Below are positions 17,748 to 26,908 of a DNA stretch of 64,000 nucleotides, in pieces. The DNA is from an uncultured Candidatus Saccharibacteria bacterium. Its GTDB lineage: Bacteria; Patescibacteriota; Minisyncoccia; 2-02-FULL-40-12; GWA2-44-9. Numbering within the stretch: position 1 is the stretch's first letter; every line of letters begins with the position of its first letter. The notes beneath the pieces are model-generated. The model had not been told where the DNA came from and did not search any database. It was given only the letters and a program-made list of their open reading frames with translations. Both the position numbers and the translations under genes were made by a program. The stretch spans positions 149,388 to 213,387 of the forward strand of contig CAZBFM010000001.1 in assembly GCA_964491455.1 (NCBI GenBank). The letters are read 5' to 3'.

Positions 17748-17966
17748 TTAGTTTGAGATATCAATCTTTTTGGCGCGAGGCTTGTCGCGGGAGAGCTCGA
17801 TTCCGCGCATAAGGACTTCGATATCCTCGGTCTTGTACATGCGATAGTTATTCATTGGGTTGCGATAGGCAACCAGCTTTCCTTTTGCATCCCAATTGCG
17901 CACCGTAAGTGGCGTGACTCCCATGAGACGTGCGACTTCTTGAACCATGAGATACTTCTTTGGCAT
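17748..17966 (-). CDS. MerR/excisionase-family helix-turn-helix DNA-binding protein (72 aa)
   Basis: MPKKYLMVQEVARLMGVTPLTVRNWDAKGKLVAYRNPMNNYRMY is an excisionase/MerR-type HTH. Confidence 0.6.
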   Translation of the reverse strand: MPKKYLMVQEVARLMGVTPLTVRNWDAKGKLVAYRNPMNNYRMYKTEDIEVLMRGIELSRDKPRAKKIDISN

Positions 17967-18072
17967 AGGAGGGTTTTCTAAGGTACCGTTACAGTACCTG
18001 AGCGTCACCCCGTGGTCAACATGTAGTCTATCCACATGGTGGGCAATACGGCTGTGCTAGTATGAATGCACT

Positions 18073-20544
18073 ATGGAAGGCATGTATGCCCAGTCCCCAG
18101 AAGCGATACAGATCGATCAGGGGCAAGCTGAAGCGGCCATTTCCGCACAGCTTACTGCAGTGAAGTTCTCGGAGTGGGGGATTGGTGGGGCAATGTATGA
18201 CAAAATCGTACAGGTCCTGTTGTATGTAGCAGTTGTTCTCATCCCACTATTTTATTTGCCGTGGACGAGTAGCTACATCGAATATAATAAGCAGCTCTTG
18301 CTTATTGGAGTGTCCTCGATTGGTCTCGTGGTGTGGCTTCTTGGAGCGGTTATTAGTGGAAAGTTGACGATACGTACGTCACTTATCGATAAGGGGGTAT
18401 TGGGTTTGTTGGTTTCTGCAGTTATAGCAACTGTATTCTCGTTGACACCGTTGAAGTCTTTATTCGGTGTCGGAACGTCGCTTAGCTCATCACTTCTAAG
18501 TGTTATTGGCTTAGCGCTCTTCTATTTCTTGTGCGTAAACGCGCTCCATGATAGGGGGCGCATGCTTCGCTCCGCTTTAGTGGTGTCACTTTCTATTACG
18601 TTGCTACTCGGGCTCTTCCAGATGATTTCGTTTAATGTACTGCCAGGTGCCTTCACGAATTCGCGCGCATTTAACACTGTCGGATCAATTAACGCGTTAG
18701 GTGTTCTTGCAGCGGTTGCATTATCGTTGTTTGCAAAGACAATCTATAAAAATACGAATCGATACATGTTCGGAGTCGCGATCGCGGGCGTTACGTTTGC
18801 GATTATGATTCTTGGTATTCTCAACTGGTGGGTCCTCTGGGTGATCGCACTCGGTGGGATGCTTGCAATGATCGCCTTCGATAGCTTGAATGCGACGCAG
18901 CTTTCGAATGACTATGGATCAAAAAAGAATCGATTCGCAATGTCACGATTTGTGGTGCCTATGCTCGTTGTCGTGTTGGGCGCGTTCTTGCTTCTAGTTA
19001 AATTCGACCTGAAATCCGTAAAAGGGCAGTTCCCCGTCGAGGTGGCTCCTTCATATGGGCTTTCTCTAGATGTTGCCTCAGAGACGCTCTTGCATAAGCC
19101 GCTTTTTGGATGGGGACCGGAGAACTTCTCGCTAGCTTTCGATAGATATGGAGCGGGGAGTCTTGCGAACACGCAATTTGCCAATGCGCAATTTTTTGAT
19201 GGCGCAAACGAAATCGTAAATGTGCTTACTCAGCAAGGTCTGGTTGGTCTGCTCGCATTCGGATTTTTGTTGTGGTGTTTAGTGCAGGTATTCATGCGAT
19301 TCGGGACCGCCATTTCTGATTCAGTGGCTCGTGGCGAGGGTGCATCGCTCGCCATCCAGTCGACCGGTACGTTGGCGGCGCTCATTGCCATGATTGTCAC
19401 ACTGTTCATATATCCGATGAACATAACATTGTGGTTCGTGTTCTTCGTGTTGATGGCGTTGGCTTCTCTTGTTATTTCCGGTGATGAATCGCGAACGGTT
19501 GATATCGAGGAGCGCCCCATGTATTCCCTGGCGGCATCGCTTGGATTCATCGTTGCGTTGATACTCGTGTTGAGTGGATTGTATTTCACATCGGTGCGCT
19601 ATTTCGGTGATGTAAAGTTTGCACTTGCGAAAAGTCAGGAAACGCCGGCGAAATCCATGGAGATGCTTTCGGCTGCTATTAATCTCAATGCTTCCAGCGA
19701 CAGATATGTGCGCGAGGCGTCTCAAGTTGCGCTCTCCTTACTTCGGGAAGAGGTCGCCAAGAAAGAAGGTGGCGATGAGCAGTCTCAGCGCATTCAGAAT
19801 CTGATGGGATCCAGTATACAGCTGGCCCAGAAGGCTGCCGCAATAAATCCAGAGGAATCGCTGAACTGGAGCAACCTCGGCCAGGTGTATCAATCAATGA
19901 CGGGAATCGTTGATGACGTTGAGAAGCTCTCTGAGGATGCCTTTAAGAAGGCTAGTGAATTGCGTCCCGGGGATCCTTCATTTGACAATGCTATTGGTCA
20001 AATGTGGTTAGCCCGTTCTGATTTGATTCGGCAGGTGGTTAGCAAGGCGACCGGCGCGAATGCTGAAACGTTGAAGCAGCAGCAGAAGGATTCATTGGTG
20101 AATGCTGAGGCAGCTTTTGATCGAGCAATTGAAAAGTCACCACAGTACGGATTGGCGATCTACAATAGAGCTGCTGTAAAAGATCGACAGAACAATGTGA
20201 AGGGTGCGATTGAGGACTTAGAGAAGATTGCTCCCTCAAATTCGAATCAACCAACATTGATGTTCGAAATCGGCTTGCTCTATATCCGTGATGGTCAAAA
20301 AGACAAAGCGATTGCAGCGCTACAGCGAGCCGTCTTGCTTGCGCCACAATATGCAAATGCGCGATGGTATCTCGCATTACTACTTGAAGAGAAAAATGAC
20401 ATTGCGGGAGCATTGGCTCAGCTCCGTGAGGTCGCGAAAGGTAATTCTGACAATGCGGAGCTTCAGGCAAAGATCACGAGTCTCGAGGCTGGACAACGAC
20501 AAATCCCTCCAAACAAGGTGATTGAAACGAAACCACTTCAGTAG
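18073..20544 (+). CDS. O-antigen ligase/polymerase (Wzy_C)-like polytopic membrane protein fused to C-terminal TPR repeats
   Basis: At least 10 predicted TM helices, a Wzy_C-like loop region, and a C-terminal TPR region (AIEKSPQYGLAIYNRAAV...AIAALQRAVLLAPQYANARWYLALLLEE). Start uncertain. Confidence 0.7.
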   Translation: MEGMYAQSPEAIQIDQGQAEAAISAQLTAVKFSEWGIGGAMYDKIVQVLLYVAVVLIPLFYLPWTSSYIEYNKQLLLIGVSSIGLVVWLLGAVISGKLTIRTSLIDKGVLGLLVSAVIATVFSLTPLKSLFGVGTSLSSSLLSVIGLALFYFLCVNALHDRGRMLRSALVVSLSITLLLGLFQMISFNVLPGAFTNSRAFNTVGSINALGVLAAVALSLFAKTIYKNTNRYMFGVAIAGVTFAIMILGILNWWVLWVIALGGMLAMIAFDSLNATQLSNDYGSKKNRFAMSRFVVPMLVVVLGAFLLLVKFDLKSVKGQFPVEVAPSYGLSLDVASETLLHKPLFGWGPENFSLAFDRYGAGSLANTQFANAQFFDGANEIVNVLTQQGLVGLLAFGFLLWCLVQVFMRFGTAISDSVARGEGASLAIQSTGTLAALIAMIVTLFIYPMNITLWFVFFVLMALASLVISGDESRTVDIEERPMYSLAASLGFIVALILVLSGLYFTSVRYFGDVKFALAKSQETPAKSMEMLSAAINLNASSDRYVREASQVALSLLREEVAKKEGGDEQSQRIQNLMGSSIQLAQKAAAINPEESLNWSNLGQVYQSMTGIVDDVEKLSEDAFKKASELRPGDPSFDNAIGQMWLARSDLIRQVVSKATGANAETLKQQQKDSLVNAEAAFDRAIEKSPQYGLAIYNRAAVKDRQNNVKGAIEDLEKIAPSNSNQPTLMFEIGLLYIRDGQKDKAIAALQRAVLLAPQYANARWYLALLLEEKNDIAGALAQLREVAKGNSDNAELQAKITSLEAGQRQIPPNKVIETKPLQ

Positions 20545-20556
20545 TATAGTGATGAG

Positions 20557-21567
20557 GTGAAGTACCTGGAGCGCACTCTCTCGAGTCAGATGACAATGGC
20601 CGCCATACTCATGGCGGCCATTGTTACAACGGCGTTTTTTTGGTTGTACGTCCAAGTACTACCCCGTAGCGTTCAAGCGCCTCGATCACATTTCTTAATT
20701 GAAAGTGGTTGGGGTGTCTCGCGTGTCGCACTTGAGCTCGATCGTGGCGGCATTATCCGCTCACGAATGGCAATGATGCTAGTTATGGGACTGCGCTATC
20801 GAGGGCAAACCTTGAAGGCGGGCACCTATGAGCTTTCGTCGGCTGACTCTACTATAGCAATTTTGGATCGCATCATTGCGGGCAGCTCTCTATCGAATGA
20901 TATTGAAGTTACTATTCCGGAGGGCATGAATGTCTGGCAGGTTGACGCTATGCTTGCCGGGCGCTCGTTGATTCCACGCGGTGCGTTTGCTCGCGTAGCC
21001 CTTACTGATGAGGGTTATCTATTTCCGGATACATATCGTTTTGATGCGCGGGTGGCTAGTAAGAGCGGTACTGATGAATTTGTAAGGACGTATCATGACA
21101 CTTTGAAGGAGGCATTTACTGACAAGGCGAGCGGGTTTACGCGTGAGCAGATTGTCATAGCATCGATGCTTGAAAAGGAAGCAAAATCGACGGAAGACAT
21201 GCGGTTAGTTGCTGGTATTATTGCTCATCGACGAGAGCTTGGGATGCCACTACAACTTGATGCTACAGTTGCCTATGGTTGGTGCATGAGGCAGTGGCAG
21301 GGAGTCGACCGGGCAGCGGGTTGCGATGTGACCGATGCCCCGATTGCAAGAGAAATACTACGAGATGGTCCCTATAATACCTATACGAGGTTGGGACTGC
21401 CCATAGGGCCGATATCAAGTCCCGGCATTGCATCGCTCGAAGCGGCCGCGAATCCTCAAGAGAGCGAGTATCTCTATTATCTTTCCACACGCGACGGCTC
21501 TCGGATTATTTACTCAACAACGCTTGCTGAGCACAACAGAAACAGGACGATATATTTGGGGCTCTAG
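20557..21567 (+). CDS. mltG: Endolytic murein transglycosylase MltG (YceG-like)
   Basis: N-terminal TM and YceG family features (LIPRGAFARVAL..., EGYLFPDTYRF, SMLEKEAK). Confidence 0.8.
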   Translation: MKYLERTLSSQMTMAAILMAAIVTTAFFWLYVQVLPRSVQAPRSHFLIESGWGVSRVALELDRGGIIRSRMAMMLVMGLRYRGQTLKAGTYELSSADSTIAILDRIIAGSSLSNDIEVTIPEGMNVWQVDAMLAGRSLIPRGAFARVALTDEGYLFPDTYRFDARVASKSGTDEFVRTYHDTLKEAFTDKASGFTREQIVIASMLEKEAKSTEDMRLVAGIIAHRRELGMPLQLDATVAYGWCMRQWQGVDRAAGCDVTDAPIAREILRDGPYNTYTRLGLPIGPISSPGIASLEAAANPQESEYLYYLSTRDGSRIIYSTTLAEHNRNRTIYLGL

Positions 21568-21734
21568 TGCTTTACAGTTGAAAGGGAACCTGATATAGTA
21601 TACCTATAACCGTAGACAGCAGGTGGGGTTCAACCCCGTAATTCCTGCCGAGGTGGATGCCTTTTTATAAGGCGCACTCTGGTCGATCTGCGGTGAATAC
21701 GCAGTTTTTTATTATAAAATTGCGAAAACCAACT
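21568..21734 (+). promoter_or_regulatory. Putative rplJ leader/autoregulatory region
   Basis: A 167-nt untranslated region upstream of rplJ containing hairpin gcagg-tggggttcaaccccgtaattc-ctgc. Assignment is by position only. Confidence 0.25.
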
Positions 21735-22349
21735 ATGAAAACAAAAGAACAAAAGAAAGTTGCGATCGATGCGCTTGCCAAGGCGCTTCCTAGCTCTACG
21801 ATGACAGTTTTTACGACCTTTGCTCGCGCAGGGGAGTCGGGGCTTTCCGTTGGGCAAATGGAAGTATTGAAGCGAGCGCTTCTGAAGGTAGATGGAGAGT
21901 ATGTTGTAGCGAAGAAGACGCTGGTGCAAAAGGCGCTTACTGATCTCAACTACGATGGTGTCGACGTGTTTGGCATGGATGGCTCCATGGGGCTCGTATT
22001 GGGTCATGGTGACGCGTTTGCCGTCGCTAAGGTCCTTTACAGCTTTGCAAAGGAGAACCCTGCTCTAAAGCTGTATGCAGCGTGGATGGATGGACATGCC
22101 GTGTCGCATACCGAGCTGATTGATATCGCAACACTTCCTAGCCGTGATGAGCTTCTTGCTCGATTGCTCGGAATGTTGAAATACCCACTCTCTTCATTGG
22201 CGGTGGTGCTGAATCAGGTTGCGTTAGCGAAGGGAGCGGATGCGGCGACTCCAGCAGTGGAGGTTGCTCCGGTCGCTGAGGCAGAAGCACCTGCGACAGT
22301 CGTCGAAGAGCCAGTTGCAGCAACCGCAGAAGACGTAGTAACACAATAA
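21735..22349 (+). CDS. rplJ: Ribosomal protein L10 with Ala/Val/Glu-rich C-terminal extension
   Basis: [18 protein letters not shown]..., located immediately upstream of rplL. Confidence 0.85.
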   Translation: MKTKEQKKVAIDALAKALPSSTMTVFTTFARAGESGLSVGQMEVLKRALLKVDGEYVVAKKTLVQKALTDLNYDGVDVFGMDGSMGLVLGHGDAFAVAKVLYSFAKENPALKLYAAWMDGHAVSHTELIDIATLPSRDELLARLLGMLKYPLSSLAVVLNQVALAKGADAATPAVEVAPVAEAEAPATVVEEPVAATAEDVVTQ

Positions 22350-22351
22350 TA

Positions 22352-22723
22352 TTGAATATGGACTCAACAACATTTATCGAAGCAGTCGAGAAAATGACAG
22401 CTTCCGAGCTCAATGCACTCGTGAAGGCATTGGAAGAGAAGTTTGGTGTTTCAGCCGCGGCGTTCGCAGCAGCGGCTCCAGCAGCCGGTGGTGCCGCTGC
22501 CGCAGAAGAGAAGGATGCGTTTACCGTTGTCCTCGCAAAGGCCGGTGAGCAGAAGATTCAGGTTATTAAAGTGCTTCGTGAGCTTACCGGGCTTGGTCTC
22601 AAGGAGGTTAAGGACATGACGGACAAAGAGGGCTCAGTTGTGAAGGAGGGCGTTAAAACAGCCGATGCTCAGGATTGGAAGAAGAAGATTGAAGCGGCAG
22701 GTGGAGTTGTGGAGCTCAAGTAA
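22352..22723 (+). CDS. rplL: Ribosomal protein L7/L12
   Basis: [30 protein letters not shown]...[22 protein letters not shown]... Confidence 0.9.
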   Translation: MNMDSTTFIEAVEKMTASELNALVKALEEKFGVSAAAFAAAAPAAGGAAAAEEKDAFTVVLAKAGEQKIQVIKVLRELTGLGLKEVKDMTDKEGSVVKEGVKTADAQDWKKKIEAAGGVVELK

Positions 22724-22734
22724 TAGCAGCTCAA

Positions 22735-22764
22735 CAAAAAACACCCCATACGGGGTGTTTTTTG
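22735..22764. terminator. Bidirectional rho-independent terminator
   Basis: aaaaaa-caccccatacggggtg-tttttt. Confidence 0.8.
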
Positions 22765-24846
22765 TTATCGCAGCTCCCAGAGCTTTCCTTCACTTGTTAC
22801 AAAGAGAATGGCATCCTCTTGACCCTGTGCAATTGAACTAAAGGGAATGGTTGAGTCGACTTTTTCTACGTGCGACAGACTGCCATCGTGCGCATTGAGA
22901 TGGTAGACGCGACGAGTATCGCCAACGACGACGGCGAGCTCATTATGAGTGGTGGGAAGCAATCGCCACACACCGGCTGGAGTGACGGGGGTGGTCACCA
23001 CAGAGCTGCGCTTGCCTTTGTAGTATGTCGTAAGTACGCCATCATCGGTCATCGTGTATACTGATCCATCAACGACAATGCGCGTGGCATTGGGTGTGAG
23101 TTGATCATCTGTCTCGAGCCATCGCTTCATAACAACTTTTTCCGTATCTAAATCTGAAATCTTCAAGATAGATGTTGTCGTGAGAACATAGACATTATCT
23201 CCAAATACTGCAACATCTCTTATTTCGTCCTGTATGGGAATTACATACGATACTAACTTCGAATCGAGCATGCGAGTGATGCTATGCGATTGAAAATGTA
23301 CGATGATGGTGCTGGAGCCCCACGATAGTATGCGATCGGGAAGTGGTCCTTGGATTACTGAGCGGTTCTGAATCACCGTGTCATGAACGATGCCTTGCCA
23401 GGCGATGTTTTGCGTATCGAGACCGATGGCAACGATCTCGTGCGAGCTGGAAGACCATGTTGCCATGGAGATTTGTCCGGATACGTCATCTGATGTCGCG
23501 ATGAGTTTTGGTTCAACAGGCTGAGCGTCATCGATAGTATCCAGTGCGCTTAGCATCGCTGAGCTTAATGCAGTGGCGTCATCGGTGTGAGGGGCGATGA
23601 CTGCGACGGAAGAAATGGCCTTGGTTAGGACCGATCGCGCGACCGTGGTATTGCCATTCTTTGCTTGCGATAATGCCTCGTCGAGCGCGTGGCGCAGTTC
23701 GACGACTGTTGCTTTGGCGCTTTGTTCTTGGGGGCTCGATACAAACACGCTCTTTGCGAACAATAAGCTGCCCGTAATAATGGCAACCACAGCAACGAGC
23801 ATGAACGCTTTCCCTCTTCCATCAAGGCGAATAAAGCTGAGTCGTGCGAGAACGCGCGAGATATGAGTACGACGAGTACCGAGAGAAAACTCAGATGAAA
23901 TAATGCGCGGCATTTCAGCTGCGTGATGATCTGAGTTCTGAGAGGCGGAGAGCGCTGCGATTTCGGCGGGTGGATGTTGGGGAGCGAATGACTGTTGACG
24001 AGGCGCCCAGGCGAGCGATGAGATTGGATTCGAATTCGACTCTGAAGTGGCAAGCTGAGGGGCTTGTAGCGGCTCTACTTGCTGCGCCAACTCATGGGGC
24101 TGCGTGGAGGGCATCAGAGCCGGTTCGGATATCTGATCGATGGCGACGTGAAGCATCGCTGTAGCGAAGGTCGCGTGCTGTTGGCCTATGCGTGAAATGC
24201 GTTGTGCAAAATCATGCTGTGGTAATTGTAAAAACCAATTCTTCACACTTTTTTCACGAGACGTAACTCCGCGTGTCGGAACGAACGCAAGAATGCGGTC
24301 TCCGGCTTGTATCGAACCATGAATGATGTTCGAAAACCGTTGCCGGTCGGAATGCTCCTTCGTAAATAACATGACATTGCTCATGATATCGATAACCTGA
24401 TCCTCGCGAGCCAAAAAGATCTTGAACTTATCAAGTTTCGAAACCATGATTTGGCCACCAGTTATCGCTAGGATACCGACTGAGAGCTTGATGTCGCCTG
24501 ATCGAAAAAATTCCTCGACCACTTCATTCGCTTTTCGAAGCGTTCGATTGAATGCCTCCTTGGGTTGCGATCCAGGCTGTGCGTAGTATTCTCGACGAGC
24601 GAGCGCTGCAATCAAGCTGACCATATACCCCATGTTGCTTGATTCGTTTATGCGGTGACCAACTACATAGAGCGATCCCAGATGGCGAGACACGGACTCC
24701 TCGGGTCGATAGCAAAACAAATCAACGGCACCTTCAGTGGCGCCGTTGTTGACGATAATTTCGTTTTCATGAGATGTAAGCGTGAGTTTTTCCATGGGTG
24801 AGTGTGACTTGCAAACAGCGTCGGTGTGCGGTAGGGTTTGTCGCAC
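22765..24846 (-). CDS. Large multi-domain membrane protein: cytoplasmic N-terminal globular domain, low-complexity Q/S/P linker, single TM, extracellular beta-propeller-like repeat domain
   Basis: 693-aa ORF with TM AFMLVAVVAIITGSLLFAKSV near residue 340. The C-terminal half has repeated beta-strand blocks (VYVLTTTSILKI, VYTMTDDGVLTTY, ILFVTSEGKLWEL) typical of PQQ/WD-like propellers. Confidence 0.6.
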   Translation of the reverse strand: MRQTLPHTDAVCKSHSPMEKLTLTSHENEIIVNNGATEGAVDLFCYRPEESVSRHLGSLYVVGHRINESSNMGYMVSLIAALARREYYAQPGSQPKEAFNRTLRKANEVVEEFFRSGDIKLSVGILAITGGQIMVSKLDKFKIFLAREDQVIDIMSNVMLFTKEHSDRQRFSNIIHGSIQAGDRILAFVPTRGVTSREKSVKNWFLQLPQHDFAQRISRIGQQHATFATAMLHVAIDQISEPALMPSTQPHELAQQVEPLQAPQLATSESNSNPISSLAWAPRQQSFAPQHPPAEIAALSASQNSDHHAAEMPRIISSEFSLGTRRTHISRVLARLSFIRLDGRGKAFMLVAVVAIITGSLLFAKSVFVSSPQEQSAKATVVELRHALDEALSQAKNGNTTVARSVLTKAISSVAVIAPHTDDATALSSAMLSALDTIDDAQPVEPKLIATSDDVSGQISMATWSSSSHEIVAIGLDTQNIAWQGIVHDTVIQNRSVIQGPLPDRILSWGSSTIIVHFQSHSITRMLDSKLVSYVIPIQDEIRDVAVFGDNVYVLTTTSILKISDLDTEKVVMKRWLETDDQLTPNATRIVVDGSVYTMTDDGVLTTYYKGKRSSVVTTPVTPAGVWRLLPTTHNELAVVVGDTRRVYHLNAHDGSLSHVEKVDSTIPFSSIAQGQEDAILFVTSEGKLWELR

Positions 24847-24888
24847 GAGATGTAACTTCTCTTACAGTGTACGCGAGTTACTCCATCA

Positions 24889-25485
24889 ATGTCAAAATCA
24901 ATACTGGACAATTTGCTTGGTTCACGAGTCCGCGTTAAATTGCTGAAGTTTTTTTATCGCCAGCATCCGGCGCTCGTTGCAATGAGTGATTTAGTTGTGC
25001 GCGTGCAAGAGCCGGCATTCATCGTCCGGCGTGAAATTGTGACACTTCAGCAGATTGGACTGATTGCCAAGCAGCGAGCTTCAAAGCTTATTCCTGAACG
25101 GTTTGGTCTGCGGGAGGAGTTCGATTATTTTGAAGAACTGAAGAGTCTCATTCTCAAGCCATCGCCCGTTGAGACTGACATGCTCACTAAAAGAATCAAC
25201 ACATTGGGGAAGATTAAGCTTGCGGTGGTTGCGGGTATCTTTGTGAGTCAAAATGATGACACGACGTATGAGACACCGGCTGATCTGTTTCTCGTGGGGG
25301 ACGATATTGATCGCGCTAAGCTAGCAAAATTCCTTAAATCGTTGGAAGCCGACATGGGTACAGAAATTCGCTTTGGCATCATGGAAAAAGACGAATTCAA
25401 ATACCGCTTTGAAATGTTTGATCGATTCCTGCGGGTACTCTTGGAGGGACCGCATCGCAAGCTCATCAATAAGCTCGACATGTAG
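24889..25485 (+). CDS. Hypothetical protein (198 aa)
   Basis: ORF with balanced composition. No family recognised. Confidence 0.5.
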   Translation: MSKSILDNLLGSRVRVKLLKFFYRQHPALVAMSDLVVRVQEPAFIVRREIVTLQQIGLIAKQRASKLIPERFGLREEFDYFEELKSLILKPSPVETDMLTKRINTLGKIKLAVVAGIFVSQNDDTTYETPADLFLVGDDIDRAKLAKFLKSLEADMGTEIRFGIMEKDEFKYRFEMFDRFLRVLLEGPHRKLINKLDM

Positions 25486-25541
25486 CCATTGCGCACGTCT
25501 AGTCTATCGCGTTCTTTTGTGATACAAATGAGCGGCGCTTT

Positions 25542-25615
25542 GGGTGATTAGCTCAGCTGGTTAGAGCGTTGCATTCACATTGCAAAGGTCACTGGTTCGA
25601 ATCCAGTATCACCCA
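25542..25615 (+). tRNA. tRNA-Val (anticodon CAC)
   Basis: Acceptor gggtgat/atcaccc, D-arm gctcagctggttagagc, anticodon arm ttgca-ttCACat-tgcaa, T-arm actggttcgaatccagt. Confidence 0.8.
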
Positions 25616-25647
25616 CTTTCACATTTACAAAAAAGGGGAACAGAAGT

Positions 25648-26334
25648 ATGGCATGGAGTGAGCATGGACCTATCAAGCTGGTGGTCTTTGATAATAATGG
25701 CACCGCCCTAGATGATCTGTATGTTGCGTACAGCAGTGTCTGCGAAATCTTTCGAGCGTATGGCGTTGAGCCGCCAAGCTTGTATTCGTATCGCAATGAA
25801 ATCACTGCCGATTTCATGCAATTCTACTGGGAGCATGGAATTCCGCGCTCTGTGTCGGGTGATGAGCTCAACGTAATTCGTCGAAAATACTACGTGGACA
25901 ATATGAGCGCTCCGAGTAATCGTCAGGCACGATATCGACGCGATTTCCTGCCACTACTGCGGAGCTTGCGGGGCGAGCTTGTCCAGCTTGCTATGTGTTC
26001 AGCTGAGCAGCATGTAACGTTGGTAGACTTTCTGGTTGGAGCGAACCTCCATCGTTTCTTCGCTCCGTCGATGATCACGGGGTCTGCATGGCCGAAGAAG
26101 GCACCCTTCCTGCTGGAGCTTGCTGGCAAGGCAAAGATTTCACCTCAGCGCGCGATGTACGTGGGTGATACTGCAGATGATATTGAAGCGGCTAACGAAG
26201 CTGGCTTCATCGCTGTCGGATTTGCTCACGAAACTGGATACAACACCGAACGACGTCTGGTAAGGGCGCGGCCAGCTTTTCTGGTGGATAGTTTTGCGGA
26301 GCTCCAGGACTTACTGTTGGGGTCTCTGCTTTAG
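25648..26334 (+). CDS. HAD-superfamily hydrolase (phosphoglycolate phosphatase-like)
   Basis: Motif I-like KLVVFDNNGTAL (the second Asp is Asn) and motif IV YVGDTADDIEAANEAG. Confidence 0.7.
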   Translation: MAWSEHGPIKLVVFDNNGTALDDLYVAYSSVCEIFRAYGVEPPSLYSYRNEITADFMQFYWEHGIPRSVSGDELNVIRRKYYVDNMSAPSNRQARYRRDFLPLLRSLRGELVQLAMCSAEQHVTLVDFLVGANLHRFFAPSMITGSAWPKKAPFLLELAGKAKISPQRAMYVGDTADDIEAANEAGFIAVGFAHETGYNTERRLVRARPAFLVDSFAELQDLLLGSLL

Positions 26335-26340
26335 ATTTGA

Positions 26341-26372
26341 ACGGCTAAGACGACCACCTTAGCCGTTTTTTT
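26341..26372 (+). terminator. Rho-independent terminator after the HAD hydrolase gene
   Basis: acggctaag-acgaccacc-ttagccgt followed by TTTTTTT. Confidence 0.75.
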
Positions 26373-26390
26373 GCGCCGTAATTATCCACT

Positions 26391-26419
26391 TTGCGAGTTG
26401 GCAGTGGTGGGATATAATA
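26391..26419 (+). promoter_or_regulatory. Sigma70-like promoter of the mraZ-rsmH-ftsL-ftsI-murF cluster, with GTGGG repeats that could be MraZ boxes
   Basis: TTGCGA (26391..26396), 17 nt, TATAAT (26414..26419). GTGGTGGG (26404..) and GTGGGGG (26438..) flank it. Confidence 0.45.
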
Positions 26420-26452
26420 CATACAGAGTGTTATGGAGTGGGGGAAAGTGTA

Positions 26453-26908
26453 ATGCTTCAGAACCTCGTGCGGATGCTAATAGGCGAGTATTCACACAAT
26501 CTAGATCCAAAGAAACGCCTATCCATTCCCGCAAAGCTTCGAAAGGAGCTCGGAGATGGGGCGGTGCTAACACGCGGGTTGGATGGCTGTCTCTGGCTCT
26601 TTCCGATATCGCAGTGGACGCAACTTGCAGAACGTATCGCGAGCTTACCTATGGCGCAGGCCGATAGTCGATCGTTTGCGAGGTTGTTACTTTCAGGGGC
26701 GGTTGAGGTGCAATTTGATTCGCTTGGCCGCATCCTCATTCCTGACTACCTGAAGCAATATGCAAAATTGACTCGTGAGGTAGTTGTTGCGGGTGTCCAT
26801 AGTCGTTTGGAAATCTGGGATAAGCAAGCATGGAGCGATTATTCGAAGGTGTTAGAAAAAAATAGTGACGCAATTGCTCAGAAGTTGGGGGATCTGGGCA
26901 CTATATAG
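26453..26908 (+). CDS. mraZ: Division/cell wall cluster transcriptional regulator MraZ
   Basis: MLQNLVRMLIGEYSHNLDPKKRLSIPAKLRKELG... is a duplicated MraZ fold. First gene of the dcw-type cluster. Confidence 0.85.
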   Translation: MLQNLVRMLIGEYSHNLDPKKRLSIPAKLRKELGDGAVLTRGLDGCLWLFPISQWTQLAERIASLPMAQADSRSFARLLLSGAVEVQFDSLGRILIPDYLKQYAKLTREVVVAGVHSRLEIWDKQAWSDYSKVLEKNSDAIAQKLGDLGTI

